This document shows positions 24,851 to 39,164 of a stretch of DNA of 64,000 nucleotides, piece by piece. The stretch spans positions 558,001-622,000 of the forward strand of contig CT868096.1 in the NCBI GenBank assembly GCA_000165425.1, read 5' to 3'. Source of the stretch: Paramecium tetraurelia (lineage: Eukaryota). The notes beneath the pieces are model-generated. The model ran no database searches, had not been told where the DNA came from, and saw nothing but the letters and a program-made list of their open reading frames with translations. How positions within the stretch are numbered: the first letter of the stretch is position 1; each line of letters starts with the position of its first letter. A program made the translations under genes and the position numbers.

Positions 24851-25410
24851 ACATATAAAAGTTTATTTAATTATTTAAAACGAAAAATTGTTATACATTC
24901 ATAATTTTATTCGATGATATTTGTTCATTCTTCCAACCTATAACTAAATATTTAATAAAGGAAATATTTAGTTTTAGATTCAACAAAATTTACATTATGT
25001 ATTAAAACTCGAAAAACAGATCCTTATAAAGTAATTATAATAATTAGATATGATTATTCCTATTACAGTTTTATTTATATAACTTTTTTGAATGCCATAT
25101 TTGAATAGATCTTTAAAAATCATATAGAATTCTTGATGATTTATTATAAATTTTTTTCAAATTCTTTTTCTCAAATTCTATTGAAACCAAATATATTCAA
25201 CAAATTGGGTTGATTAGTTTTAATTTCTAAACTTCAATCCTTGATGATTAATATCGGAAAAATATTAATGTAGAATAAGATTTGTTTATAATTGATTGGT
25301 TATCCTTAAATAAATATTTATCTTAGTTCTAAATTTAGTTTTGTTGTTTTCATGGATTTTACTTAATCCTAGTGATAACTATTTAATATTTAATAATTTA
25401 TAAGAAGAAA

Positions 25411-26367
25411 ATGAGTTAAATCGAGATGCAATAGTTTGATCAAGACAGAGTACCTGATGATGAGAGGGAGGATGATTTTAAAAATCTGATAGCAATATTG
25501 GCTGGGAAAATTAGACTCAAAACAATAGAACCTGGGATTTTGGGTAGATTGGATCATTTAGAAAATTATTACGATCTTTTGCCTTTCAACGTCAGAGGAT
25601 TTAGGTTGATTAACAGAGCAAGTTTGCTTGATGGTGATTTCGCAAAGAGATACATAATCAAATAAATAATTGATTTGAATTTAGATCTTGAAAGTGTTTT
25701 TAAATTAATTACATAGATGATTTTAGAAAGCATTATTTGATAGATACAGCTGTAAACATGATAGAAGGAGTGCCAACTTGGTCATTCTTTGTTAGTTTAA
25801 TTTTGCTAACATTGTTTTTGTTATAGGTTTGTTTGGATTCGATGTTATATAACCTCTTGGTTTTGAAGCATGATTCTGTGTAGACTGAATACGATAATAC
25901 TACAGGACCTACTGCTAATGATGAGTATGAAACATCTAATTTACTTAAGATAAACTTTGCATGATTTGAAGGAAGAATTAATTGCCATTTGGTTCTTGTA
26001 CATACTGCTCCCTTTTAGATTGGGATTGTGGTTGATAGATTTGATCATTCGTTACACAGGTCTCAGATACTTCCGAAAAGAATACACAACCTTGGCAATG
26101 TTTTTTGATTTTCTATTGGGATTGGTGACTATAATAATAGTTGGTTTCTCAACGAGACTGGATTACAGTTTGAGATCAGACACTGCTTAAACTCAAATCG
26201 AATTAGTAATTTGAATAATTATTTGCAAGATCATAAGAAATCTAATCATCTTCTTGACCTTTTTGGCAGGCATGATTCAATCAAAGAAGGCTATGGACTT
26301 AACAAAGAGATTATGTTTATTGTTTAATTAGCGGAAAGTCTCATGTTGTAATTTTATTAGTTTTTGA
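25411..26367 (+). CDS. Four-TM membrane protein resembling a stand-alone voltage-sensor-like domain
   Basis: Hydrophobic segments WSFFVSLILLTLFLL, LGLWLIDLIIRYTGLRYF, FFDFLLGLVTIII and IIRNLIIFLTFLAG; three tiny introns; 3' end uncertain. Confidence 0.6.
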
Positions 26368-26400
26368 ATTGTATAAAATATATTAATAAATAAAATAAAA

Positions 26401-29241
26401 ATGGCTGACAACATTGAGAAGAATGAATCTATTCAAAGCTATATGAATTACTCAGAACAAAGACTGATGAATGAGGACTCTTTTTTAAAGTAGAAACAAA
26501 CACAAGAGGAGGATCCTCAAGCATTCGATTAGTCTGAAACTCAGTAAGTTATCATTTATGATTAAGTTCATAAAACAAATAGATTGATCCAATGTTGCAA
26601 CAAAATGATGAAGAATAAGAATAAGAGATTCAACCCATTGAATTGAATCCACTTTAAATATTCGAATCTAAGAAAATGGAAATCATATAAAATTGCTAAA
26701 AAAGCAAAACCCTCTACACTGATCCAGACTTCCCAATCAATAACAGTAGTTTGTATAAGGATCCTCAGAAACCTCCCGAATTTGCTAAGGATATCAAATC
26801 TGTTAAATGGGTCAGACCACATGAAATTTCAAAAGATGCTAAATTCGTTATTGATTTTGAGGGAGATTATAAATAAGGGGCTTTTGGAGAATCCTGGTTT
26901 GTAGGAGCAGTTGTCATTGTTGGACAAATGAAAAAATACAACGAAAAATAAAACAAATAAACCCAATAGTTATCTTAACAATAAATATCTTAACTTGAAA
27001 AACTGATTCTAGATTATGATCAATTTGATGAATGTGGTTTTGTGGCATTCCAATTCTTTAAAAATGGAGAATGGTAATAAGTCATAGTTGATACACTTCT
27101 GCCTTTTGATTAAGATAGTAAATAAATATTATTTACTCAATGTGCAAATCCCTCTGAATTTTGGTTGCCATTGATGGAAAAGGCTTACTGTAAATTACAC
27201 GGAAATTATGAAACTATATGTGATGGACATATTGGAGAAGGATTAGTTGATTTAACAGGAGGCATAGCTGAAATCAATTCATTAAGAGATCCATAATTAA
27301 GTAAAATGATTGAAAATGACTAATTATGGTAAGTGTTATTGTAGACACATAAATTATAATTTTTTATGGGATGCATGAATCACAATGAGACTAAAGGAAC
27401 AAAAAATGCAGATACAGGTACTCATGGTATATTGGAGAATCATCATTATGGAATTGTGGATGTAAGAGAATTTCCTAAGGAAAAACTGAGATTGATGAGA
27501 ATTAGAAATGTTTGGGGACCAGAGGGTGGATGGAATGGAGCATTTTCAGATGATTCTGAAGAATGGGATAAACATAGAAATCTAAGAGAAGAATTAAAAT
27601 TAGTATTTAAATCAAAGAAAAGTGATGGAACATGGTGGATGTCATATTAAGATTGGCATTAACATTTCAATAAGTTTTATATATGCAAGGTATTCCCAGA
27701 AAGTTGGTAATAATATGCAATCCAAGGAAATTGGTTTGCTAAAACACTAGGAGGTGTTTGTCCTTTGAAAATGCCATCTGAAGGCTTACCAGAATATGTG
27801 TAGGTAGACACTGATGAAAAGTGGTTTAACAATCCTTAATATAAAATTAAAGTACATAAAGAAACTAAACTATATCTATCATTGATGTTAGAAGATGAAA
27901 AAATAACATAATAACCTTATGTAGCTTGCAATCTAATGGTCATTGCTAATAAGGCAAGGCTGAGCAGAATCTGGGAGAGACCACCAAATTAAGACATAGT
28001 TATTGATATGAATCCTAAAGGAGACATGCAAGCTTAAAGAGAAATTACTCAGTATTTGATACTCAAAAATTTTGAGGGCAAAACCTTTGGTAATTACATG
28101 GTTGTTCCCAATATGATTGTAAACGAAATGAGAAAAGAGGAGAAAAGAAACTTCATCTTAAGAATTTTTAGTTCTGATAAAATTGATGTGGCCGAAATGC
28201 CTGAAACATTAGAAATTCAATAAGAAGGCAGTTGGAATGAGACATCTGCTGGTGGTAAAAGGAAATATGATAACGGCAAAGAAAATCCTAATTGGTGCAA
28301 GAATCCTCAATATTTCTTGAATTTATCTGTTAGCACTCATTTAAAGATCATCTTAAGAAGATAGGGACAAGTTAAAAGGGCTAAAGGTACTAAAATTGGA
28401 ATGACCATCTGTAGATTTGATAAAGCACCGACTAATTCATTAAATATCATCAAATAATAAAAAGGAGGAGGAACAAGTAATTTCATGTTATTAACTCTTA
28501 TTAGATTTAGTAAGGCTATTAAAACAGACTTAATAACAACTGGAAGCTCCTAAAATGATTGGAATTCAGAGAAAACTCTTAATAGGAACTAATGAGAAAT
28601 TTAAATAGTCTACATACTTTAATGAAGATGTGGCAGCCTTGTATTTCCATTTCAATCCAACAGAAGGCCCTTTCATTATAATCCCATCTTTAGATTAAGA
28701 GGATCGTTCTGCCAATTATAAATTAACTAGTACTTTTATTATTTAGCTTTTTTTAGTTTACTCTAATTAGGAAGTGGAATTAACTAAGCTAGATGAAACC
28801 AAGAATTAAGTTCATATTGGAAAATGGGAACAAGATATTTCAGATGGAGGGTGTCATCTTTATGAAGATCCTTATGAAAAAGACACAAGCAAAAGAACAT
28901 GGACAATGAATCCTAAATATTCTTTGTAATTTTTTGAGCCCATTCATATCACTATAACGCTTTGCATTGCAGAAAAGAATTGGAAGTCAAAAACAAAGAA
29001 TACAGTCGGAGGTATGATTGGAGTCTACTTGATTGAAAAGTCAGAGAACAAAATTACAACATAATAGATTGTGAGAGTTCCTAATTTCTTGCCAATCAAT
29101 GAAATTTAAGAAGAATTTGATCTCTAACCAACTAAGAATGGTTATTATATCATGCCAACAACTTATCAATCTAAAATACACGGATAATTTATTTTAGCAG
29201 TTTAAGGAGACAAAGAATTTACATTATAAGCATTAAAGTGA
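26401..29241 (+). CDS. Calpain-like protein (CysPc plus repeated calpain domain-III modules) with catalytic Cys replaced by Ser
   Basis: DPDFP, WVRP, QGAFGESW, EFWLPLMEKAYCKLHGNYE, DLTGG, NHHYG, IRNVWG, DGTWWMSY; three GG...W..NP.Y domain-III starts. Confidence 0.92.
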
Positions 29242-29330
29242 AATATATCAAATAAATTTTATCATAGATTAATTGTTTAATTAATTAATTTAAAACCAGA
29301 ATTAATAATATTATTATTCATGATTTGTTC

Positions 29331-30101
29331 TCACAATTTCTTTGATATCTCTCTCGCTTTCCAATAAACTACAAATTATAATGTGATTATTAAAACTAAA
29401 CCATTATCTAATATCGCCAAACACTATTATATTAAGAATATTATTATACATATAATAATTCATTGCTAGACTCTGCAAATATTGTTAATGCTCTTGGAAT
29501 TGCTCCAGCTTAATTCTATAAATGTGTTAAAAATGCAAGCTCTCCAGTTGATTATCTCTAGTAATTCATTTGTATTTATGGCCACTTCGATAAAAATACT
29601 AAAAATAATCATGCCTCTAATACATAAAATCATGTTAATATATATGCTATGCTTAAATATAATTGAAGGGACAATCTAAAATAAAAATAGCACACTAATT
29701 ATTCCTAAAAAACTCAACTTTCTTTGGTAATCGCTCTGCTTTTAACTGTAATATCTAAATTGAAGTATAACGACAATGTATCCAATGTATAAAATGACAT
29801 TTTCTCCGTAGAGTAAGAAACTGGTTCCTACATGCATATTATAAGCAATATTAAAAACTAACATAAGAGTCTATTTAAGTTTTTTTAATACTTCTGTATA
29901 GATAGATGAAAATGATATGCCTTAGATGCTTTTGCTTTTATATATCTTATAAATTTATGGCAACTGATTGAATATTGCACCAAATACAATACCATAACTT
30001 ATTAAATTATATATAAAAGTCATAAATAATAAATAATGAGTAACGAAGCAATCGCAGGATTTATAGTTACAAAAACTATATAACAAAATCCTTTAAGACA
30101 T
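29331..30101 (-). CDS. MPDU1: PQ-loop protein, mannose-P-dolichol utilization defect 1 homolog (start at 30101 or 30023)
   Basis: SYGIVFGAIFNQLPQIYKIYKSKSIQGIS...AYN...F..YGEN; second PQ loop with TGEL. Confidence 0.85.
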
Positions 30102-30162
30102 TATGATGCTAATTTCAATGATTATCGTGATAAAAACATGTGTATGTATATTTAGAAAAAAT

Positions 30163-31497
30163 ATGCAGATCTAAAAAGTAAAGTTTAAATTTCCTGTAGA
30201 GCGAACCGGAGTTAAAATACTACCCAAAAAAACATTGGCTAATACCTAATTGCAAGTGAAATTAAAGGCTTAAGAAGGTAATAAGGAATATTAAGGAAAT
30301 TATGAATTATAACCTGAAGTGGTAGAAATAATGTAAAGAGTTCTTGATAAAGAATAATTAGAGAACTTATTAAATTTTTAAGTGATTCCCAAAAGATCGA
30401 AGAATTGGAAGAAAAAACCTGTATCTGTTCAACAAAAATTGGCCATGATGATGAATGATAATATAGAGTAAGCATAGCTAGATGATCTCTATTAGAGTTA
30501 CAAACGATAAAATCTGAAGCAAAATGTATATATAGTGATTGATTTAGCTTAAAGAAGTAAAGTAATCTTTAAAAAATCCCAAGACTACCAGTTAAAGCAT
30601 TGGAAAACACAAGGGATATTAGAATATTGAGCTTGAAGACTAGGAGTAGGTTAACTTTTTTATGAAAAAACTTTGCGAAGATCAAAAAATGAATGCTTGT
30701 ACGGTTTTAGACATCTAAAATAGTAAATCAGAAATATAATTTTAGACGATTTGACGTTTAAGGAAGATTAATGTGATGAAAGAGAGAGATGGAGAAACAT
30801 TGTTTAGAAACGAATTACATAGGAATAATTATAGGAAATAATGCGAGAAGAAGAATTGAAATAAAATAAAGAATTAGTCAAGATATTTAAGGAAACAAGG
30901 ATTGATCAATTTGATCCTGACTTTTTTAAAAGCAAAGTCAAAATGACAACCATGAAAAGAGTTAATTAAGCATAGGATTCATAATATCACAAGTTTTTTG
31001 TGTCGACTGAAAATTTAGGAAATGGTTTCAAGTAAGAGGATTTTCGAAGGAAAAATTAACCGTATTAATCTCCAAGGAGTCAATTTATGGAAAACTCAAG
31101 TAAGGTTTCAAAGACTACAAGACCATAGACTAGTGTGAGTAGAACACTAAAAACTTAAACAAGTATAAAGACAGAAATAGAATTTAATAAATTCTTAAAG
31201 TAATGTGATGTGATTGACAATAATTTCAAGAAGGAGAAAAACCTTTTGAAGGAAAAGTTTAATTCTCTAGATGATATAATGGATAAAGCAAGTCAATATT
31301 TATCAATGGACAAACCTTAATTCGAGAGAGAACCTAATTAAGAGTTTGAGAAGTTTAAAAAGCAAAGATTATTTAAGAAAAAATTTGTTACTTATTTGAT
31401 CGACAAAGTGGAGAAACAATCTAATATGTTGAGCGAAAAAATAAAATAAACTTAATCTAAATAATTTATAGAGAGAATTTTGTCAGAAGAATAATGA
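30163..31497 (+). CDS. Hypothetical Lys/Gln-rich coiled-coil protein
   Basis: Long code-6 frame MQIQKVKFKFPVERTG...RILSEEQ* with tiny introns; start uncertain. Confidence 0.6.
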
Positions 31498-31539
31498 TGT
31501 TTGTAAATATAAACAATTTTTTATTAATATTCAAATTAA

Positions 31540-34500
31540 TCAGAAATTAAGCTTGATATATTTCTATAATAGATTGATATCTTCTTTAAGCAAATTTTTA
31601 AGACAGAATTTTAAATAATCTGGATCGTTCTTTACTAAATTTTAGAAAAAGTCCTTGAGAGCTTCCTAAGATTTATATATCTAAAGGAAATACCACTAAA
31701 TTGATATTTAAACAAGGATCTTTAAGATAAGTTAAATCTTCTTCAGTAGTTTCATCGCATTCTTCTCCAACTTCCTAATTGAAATCTAGGAATTCACTCA
31801 TATACAATGTTGAGCCTGTTTCAAGATCTGCTAATCCTTTGTCCTTCTTCTCCTTTGGATCCAATGACTTAATATTAAATAACTGAATACCGCAAATCTT
31901 TCTGCTATGTCCTATTCTTCATCATCCTTGATCTTTTCAATTTCAACATCAACTTGATCTTAAAATTAATCCTTTTTGATCACTTCATCGTCATCATCTT
32001 CAACCTCTAATCTTTCATCATCTTATTTGATATCATTGTTATTTTGAGTATGAGGAGTGATTTCATTATCTAAACATCTAATCAATAAGGACAATATCTT
32101 GAAAGGAGCATAAACGTCTAAATAAATAAATGCCATTACCACTATTTATATTTTGATGACTGGGATTGTAGCCTATAACTAATAGATTCTCTAGAGTCTT
32201 ATCCTTCAATAAAAATAGTTTCATTAGAGCAGTGAAGGTGGCATTCTTTGTGCCTTTTCCTCTAAACAAAGGTTATTGCAATAGCCATTTATCAATTAAG
32301 ACTTTAAGAGCCATTCTATTATCAATACTCCAAGAGGTCAAGAAATTGATGGATTCTTTTGGTTTTTCAATGATCATTCTGGCATACACCAAAACCAAGG
32401 ATTGGACAGTAGATGGCATTCTAGATCTATAGATCTTGAAGACAACAGATTTTAATAAATTGATATCTGGATTTCCATCTAATAAGTTGTTGATTGTTAT
32501 CATCACCAAATTTCCAGCAAATAATGATGCTGATTCATTAGCAGAGTTCTGAGGCACTTCCAATAATTTCAGATTTACCTTCATTACATCTTAGACAAGA
32601 TTCCTTAAAATGATTTATACACTTACATTTTCAGAATTTATCCAGTCTCAATAATAATGAAGTTTTTTAAGCACTAACTAGTGTGTACTTATAATTGTGG
32701 ATCTTCATTAATCAAAATTAGATTAACCATAGAAGGCAATAAATTAATGAATGCTTCTTAAGCCTTGTTGTCAGAACAGTATTTGATGAAAATGGAAGTC
32801 AGATGCATAATGGCACTCATTAATCCAATATCTGTTGGTTTCATCTTACTTTTATCCTAAATTTTATTCATATCCTCATAAAACACTTAGAAGCAATCCA
32901 TGATAAATGGACAGAATACCTTGTGATACTAGTAATATTTACATCAAAAATATGTGGATAAGCATCTTTACATTAGCAAATCCTCATTATTAATTCATTA
33001 AATTGTTTAATAACGATGGATTCAGTATGAAAGATACTAAAGAATGATAATAAAATTTTGGATCCATTTTTTGCTAAGGTGGTAGCCAGAATGCTTGAAA
33101 ATCTAACTAAATTAATGGTTGATTCTAAGACATAGATAATTTAATCTTGGCTAGCCTCTTGTAATACTTGCAATATTAAATCCATTATTTCTGCTTTATA
33201 CTGAAAAGCAATGTTGTATTTATTAATTTTTGTGGCATAACTAGTATTTGTTAAATGCTTTACTTTCCTAATGCTTTGACTGATACAATTTTCAAAGTGA
33301 TAGGATATTCAGATTTCAAATAATTGAGTACTGATTCGAAGAAGGGCACTAACAATTCTTTAAATTAATGACTAATCAACTCAGAGTATTTTGTTGTACT
33401 CCAAATGGCTCGAGCCTATAAACTACTTGAATCTAGATTGAAATAAATAGGGTGTGATACTTTATCTTTCCAACTCAATTAATATGTTCTGCATACATTT
33501 CTTAATATCGAAAGTGCTCTCATGTTTTTATTGGAAAACAATAATATCTTCAGAAAAACTACCCAACAATAGATATCCAGTCTCCTTTCGTTTTTAAATA
33601 AAGGATTTTAAGTAGAATGAATTAGTAACATAGATGGCAGACGTCTTCATGAATTACATTACACTATCCTAATCAAATTCTTTGGATTGTTGTCCTTTCA
33701 ATTCTTGGAAATTCAATTTTGATATAATTTATTGAGCCAATTCGATGAATTCTTTTTCATCGCGATTCAATATCAATTTCTCACCTACCATCAATATCTA
33801 CTGGACAAAGGTGTCTCCGTATTTTTCAATGATATCATTGATCAATCTCAAGGCAAGGGTTCTAACACTTTTCTACAGCAATTCTTCTTCGTCATTGAGA
33901 ATGAAATAACTGGGATCTTTAACCCATTATCTTTCCTAATCTTTGGTAGCAATCAGGAATGTTGCCAACGTATTCAGTAATGGGAAGGTACCAAACTTAA
34001 TTAGGTTATATAAAGCAGGCTTAGTAACTAAGATAGTTATCAACTCAATTGAATAGGCACAAAGACCCTCAATGTGATTATCATAATCATCATCTTCATT
34101 TAAATATTTGTATTCGATATCTAAATTCTATATTTTATAAATACCATTTTGCAGATTGATAATTCTCTAATTAGTCTGAGGCAATTCTTTGGATTCTTCA
34201 GAAAACAAACTGTCAATGTGTTCAATATCGATTTGGTAAACAATGTGACCAACATATAACTAGGTAATTGAATTGAAGAATTTCCAGACAGGAATCAATG
34301 ATAATGACAATGATTTTCTACTGTAGACTCCAAAGTCTCTAAAGACAACAATCAATATCTTTAACACTAACTTCTTGATGAAAATGTGTGATTTGGGGGA
34401 TGTTTATAATGCAGATAAAAATAATGACTAAATTATGCAAATAAGATCTTACCATCCATATTTAAAATGTCGAATCTAGACATTTGTTGACAAAAGAATT

Positions 34501-35131
34501 GTCAGTTCCATCAGCAAAGGATATTGATCTGAATACCAAGTAAACCAATAACAATATTTTCTCTCTTAGCTTCTCATTCAATTCTGGTTAGGCGAATATA
34601 CTGAAGCCTTTCTCGAGGACTGAGGGGACAATCTCTTTACATAAGGTTTGTTATTCACCATTGGTTTCACTTAGTTTTCCAAATAATTGCAAAAATAATT
34701 CCAAGCTTGATTCTATGGCATTAAAGTCGTCCATCCAATTTAACAATTCAATCAATGGATTTGGCCAAATATGACTTGGGTCAAGACATATTATTTACAC
34801 TATTATGGATGACTAAGATGTATTTTAATTAAATTACAATTAACTCAATAATTGGCATATTTGAAACATTCATTACAAGACCATTCAATAAGAGTTCGCG
34901 TATCACTTTTCGTGATGGCTATATTGATTCCCATTATTCAATCAATACACCCTTCAATAGTATCCCAATCTTCAATCTTATTTCCACTGGATATTCAGGA
35001 GACACCATCATTTTAGTACTCTCAACCATAAAATTGGGATAAGGTGTGTGGAGGATTTCATAAGCATTTTGTAAATTTTCTAATGCTTTTACATACACTT
35101 AAAGAGTTATTTCTGGCGTAGCTTCGGCCAT
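31540..35131 (-). CDS. IPO9: Importin-9-like karyopherin
   Basis: HEAT-like helical protein with IRLKIGILLK, WPNPL, VQSLVLVYARM, KVLIDKWL, acidic insert and terminal DPCLNINL; multiple tiny introns. Confidence 0.8.
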
Positions 35132-35328
35132 TTTAAATTTTATATAATATATAATATTTATTTCTTGATTTAACAATCACTAATATACGCTTTCTTGTTT
35201 CTCGCCTCTTCGATGCAACTCTTTCACCAGCTTTAAGAAAGGCTCGCTTTTTCTAATAATAATTAATAATCACTGTCTATTTCTTAAATATTTGTGTTTT
35301 TAATAATATTCTCAATAATATCATAATT

Positions 35329-36456
35329 ATGCAAGTGAATAGTACATTTGGGATAATGTAGGAATCCACTTGGGATTCTGTGTGTTTTGCACTCAAATGG
35401 CAAATAGCATACTTTATCTACATGTTTGCAGCCACAAAGCTCTTGCCAGGAAAAGAATTCAAAGGGTTTCCAGATCCAAAAGGGAAAGTTCTGATGTATA
35501 AAATCAATGGATTATATACCTTAATACTAACACTCGCACTCATATTTTTGGGTAAAGTGTTTTTTAACTTCACATTGATTCCATTGATAGAACACTTTTG
35601 GTCCTTTTTTATAGCCTCAAATATTTTGGCTTTTCTGTTTTCCTTCATTTTATTGATAAAAGGAAAATTGAGTCTACACTACAAACCCCATATTCAATCA
35701 TGGACACCTTAACTATTGAATGACTGGTGGTTTGGATCAGAATAGAATCCACGTATTTTAAACGTAGACCTCAAAATGTATTTTTACGAGCCATCATTGA
35801 TCGGATTACAAATATTCTTATTATCATTTGCTGAATACCAATACAATACTTATTCCATATTATCCATAAACATGATACTATTTTAAGTATTTTGGTTTAT
35901 GTGGCTTATCACACACTATATAAGAGAGGATTTTATGTTATCGACTTGGGATATTATCGCTGAAAATTTTGGATTTATGTTAGTTTGGGGAGACATCGTT
36001 TATTTACCTTACCTATATTGTATTGGTGGTTGGTACTTGGGCGACTTTGTTCAGAATAGTTCTACTGTCTATCTGATTTTCATCACGTTGTTGCACTTTG
36101 CTTCATTGTATATGTACAGAGATGCGAATTGGCAGAAGGATAGATATAGAAGACAAGGGGATAAAGCCATAATTTGGAAGAAAAAACCTTAGACCCTATA
36201 GAATAAGTTATTAATTAGTGGTTGGTGGGGTATAGGGAGACATCTCAATTACACAGGGGAAATTTTAGTTTATCTATCTATTGCCATGTGTGGGGAATTC
36301 AAAGCTTTTAACAATTATATCTTGCCTTTGAGTTTATTCTGTCTATTGACACACAGGGCAACAAGAGATGACAAGCGTTGTAGAGAAAAATATGGTAAGC
36401 TGTGGTAAGAATATTGTGAGATTGCCAAATTCAAGATTATTCCATTCATATTTTGA
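35329..36456 (+). CDS. ERG24: ERG4/ERG24-family sterol reductase (Delta14-sterol reductase-like)
   Basis: Intronless 375 aa; YKINGL, G.E.NPRI..VDLKM, STWDIIAENFGFMLVWGD, LLISGWWGIGRHLNYTGE, HRATRDDKRCREKYG..W..YC. Confidence 0.9.
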
Positions 36457-36461
36457 AATTA

Positions 36462-38957
36462 TCATTATTAATTATTATTAAATATTTCATATTTATTATC
36501 AATTTTATAAAATAAATTTTTTATTTATCCAATTGTAGTATCATTTTTATTTTTTTTTAAGCAATTTTTATAAACTTGATTTTTAAGACTTATTACTGAA
36601 GGTTTCTACCAAATTTCTGACAATTATTTGGTCATCTCACAATTGCTTAGTAATTTCAAGGCTCTGATAATCAATTATGGCTCTGAAACCTGATCTCTGC
36701 TCTGAATGATAGGTATATTCTCTCCATCTTAAATCTTTATCTTCTTAATTAGCAACTTACTCTCCACTTAGTCAGTTATTTCCACTTGATTCAATTACAT
36801 CTACGTAATGATATACTCCTATAATCTCTAATTCTTGTTAATCTAAAGACTGAACTTTTGTGTTTTATTTTTTATTCCCAAGAATAAGATTAATTCTGGT
36901 AAATACACTTCATTGTCAATTAAAGTAATTAATCCAGATAATATAAACACTTTCATTTCCTCCTTATCTAATTTCTAATTTTACGATGTCTACTATGATT
37001 TCTTAGAGCGATTCCTTAATTATTTAGTAAATAAAGAGGGCTTACACTTTTAAATTGAACTGATGAATAATTATAAATTATCTATAATTCTTATGATATT
37101 TTCTAATATTGGTTCATCATTAATTTAAGTCTTAGTGGTTCTTAGTTTAGGAAGCAACACTAATTTCTCCCTCAACTATTCTTTCACTTTCTCTATTTTC
37201 AAGTAATCACCCAGAACTTGAATTAACTGATTTTAAATGCTATCCTTCTTGGCGTTAACAACAATAAGTATCTTTTCTATTAAAACCACATCTCTCCCAT
37301 ATTTAGCATCGTAGGGGAATTATTATACAAAATTTTCAAAGTTGTCTAATTCTTTAGTAGCAGTATCAGGTAGATCCAAAAGAGTTTACAATTATACTTA
37401 TTCTTATTTGAGTTTCAATTGTTGTTCAGCTTGGAGTGAGGGAATCAATCGTTACTTTGAAGGTAATATTTGGACAGAATTTTAATTGATTATTTAACCT
37501 TCAACTATTTTCTCCTTATGTTTCTTAAACCATAAACATGTCAAAATTTCTGGAATTGGTATTTCTTTTTCCAAAGATTCAATCAATATCATTTTTACAA
37601 CTAATTTAAGCAACCTATAATATTTTTTTTAACCTTTTATAGGTTTATTTTCTTCTTCATTTTCACTTAAATTATCTGATTAAATTTGCCTTATCTTTTA
37701 TTGCTGGTTTTTGAATGGTTTCTATTTATCATTTTCATATTCATCATAGATAAGAAGAATTGTCTCTAATTTTTCTATAAATTGCTTAACAATCTTAAAA
37801 TGTGCATCAGCTTCTTAAACCCTTGACAATCTTTTAATTTAATTTTTTAATTAAGAATATTTCACCAATTAGATGATTTTCGGTTTAAGAGATTCTTTCT
37901 ATTGATCAACTAGATCTAACATTCTAATTAACAGATGATATTCAGTAATTTTAATCTTTTGTTTACCTATATTAAATTCCTAACAAGTTTTTACTTCTTC
38001 TGTATTTTCTTCTTTAATATTTTTAGCCTCTGATTAATTCTGCTAAGCCTCACAAAATAAGCCATAATAAAATGCACACCTATTCAACATTTGCTAATTA
38101 GGATTAAATGTTAAGTTCATTCCATTTCCTCTATTCTTTAATTCAGCACACAGTATGATTTCAGGAATTGCAATCTTCTCTTAAATCAACCAATGTATTA
38201 TCATCTTAATCTTTTCTTTATTTAAAGAACTTATAACTAAAGGTTAATCAACCTGAGTAACCTGGGCAACACCAAGATTCTCTTATTGAGTTTTATGGCC
38301 TGATAATTGTTAAGCAGTCTCGGAACATTCTAATTTAATAGATTTATTCCGAGTGTTCGGATAATTTGATTATAATTATTATAGTGTTTCAAACAGTTTG
38401 TATTTGATTTAATTTTCAGGTAGTTCAGAATGTTGAAAATCTAATTTAGATGGAAATTAAAACTATTTATCTTAAAATATGGATTAGAGTTCTTAATCAA
38501 CTTAAGGTTTTATTCTCTATTCTTGCAGTAACTCTAACTATCTTAAAAATATCTCTTAAGTTTAATTCAAATGAGATTTGAATATTTCCTCAATTAAGTG
38601 TTAATGGTAGTCTGAAAAATACTCAGGATCATTCTAATTATGATTTATGAGATCCTCAATTTACAGTTATTCAGCTATTTCTTTCAAAGCTGGGTTCACT
38701 GCCAGTTGTTCCACCAAGATATAGTTTGGTTGAAAGAGAAATGAGAAGGGTTCATCATTATTGAACTTTAAAGTAATATAATGGAGAGTGTTAGGACAAG
38801 TTATAAGGCTTAGGTTGGTATATTTGAGTAGAATACACCCCACTTCTCTATAAACAATATCAAATATTGATGGTTCTTCATCTTTTTAAAAAACCTCCGC
38901 ATCATCAAGAAAAATTTCATCTTAATATCTGTCCCCTTACCAATTTTATTAATACAT
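36462..38957 (-). CDS. Hypothetical ~830-aa helical protein
   Basis: Long code-6 frame MYQQNWQGDRYQDEIFLDD...; two similar internal segments (KMIIHWLIQEKIAIPEIILC / KMILIESLEKEIPIPEILTC). Confidence 0.65.
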
Positions 38958-39164
38958 TATATAATTTATGATTATAACTAATAATTTGCATCCAAATGAA
39001 CTAATAAATAACAGGAAATCTAAATCATTTTAATTATCTTTCTAATAAAATGAATTAGAATTTAGTTGTATTTCAAACATTCAACATATCTACTATAAAT
39101 AGATTGGCATCCATATTAGACATCTGTCTTTTATAATTCATAATAATATATAGGCATTTATAAT

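Noticed and set aside
30023..30038. Divergent ATGs only 12 bp apart
   Set aside because: Both genes have more plausible alternative starts (30101 on minus, 30163 on plus), so the extreme spacing is unsupported
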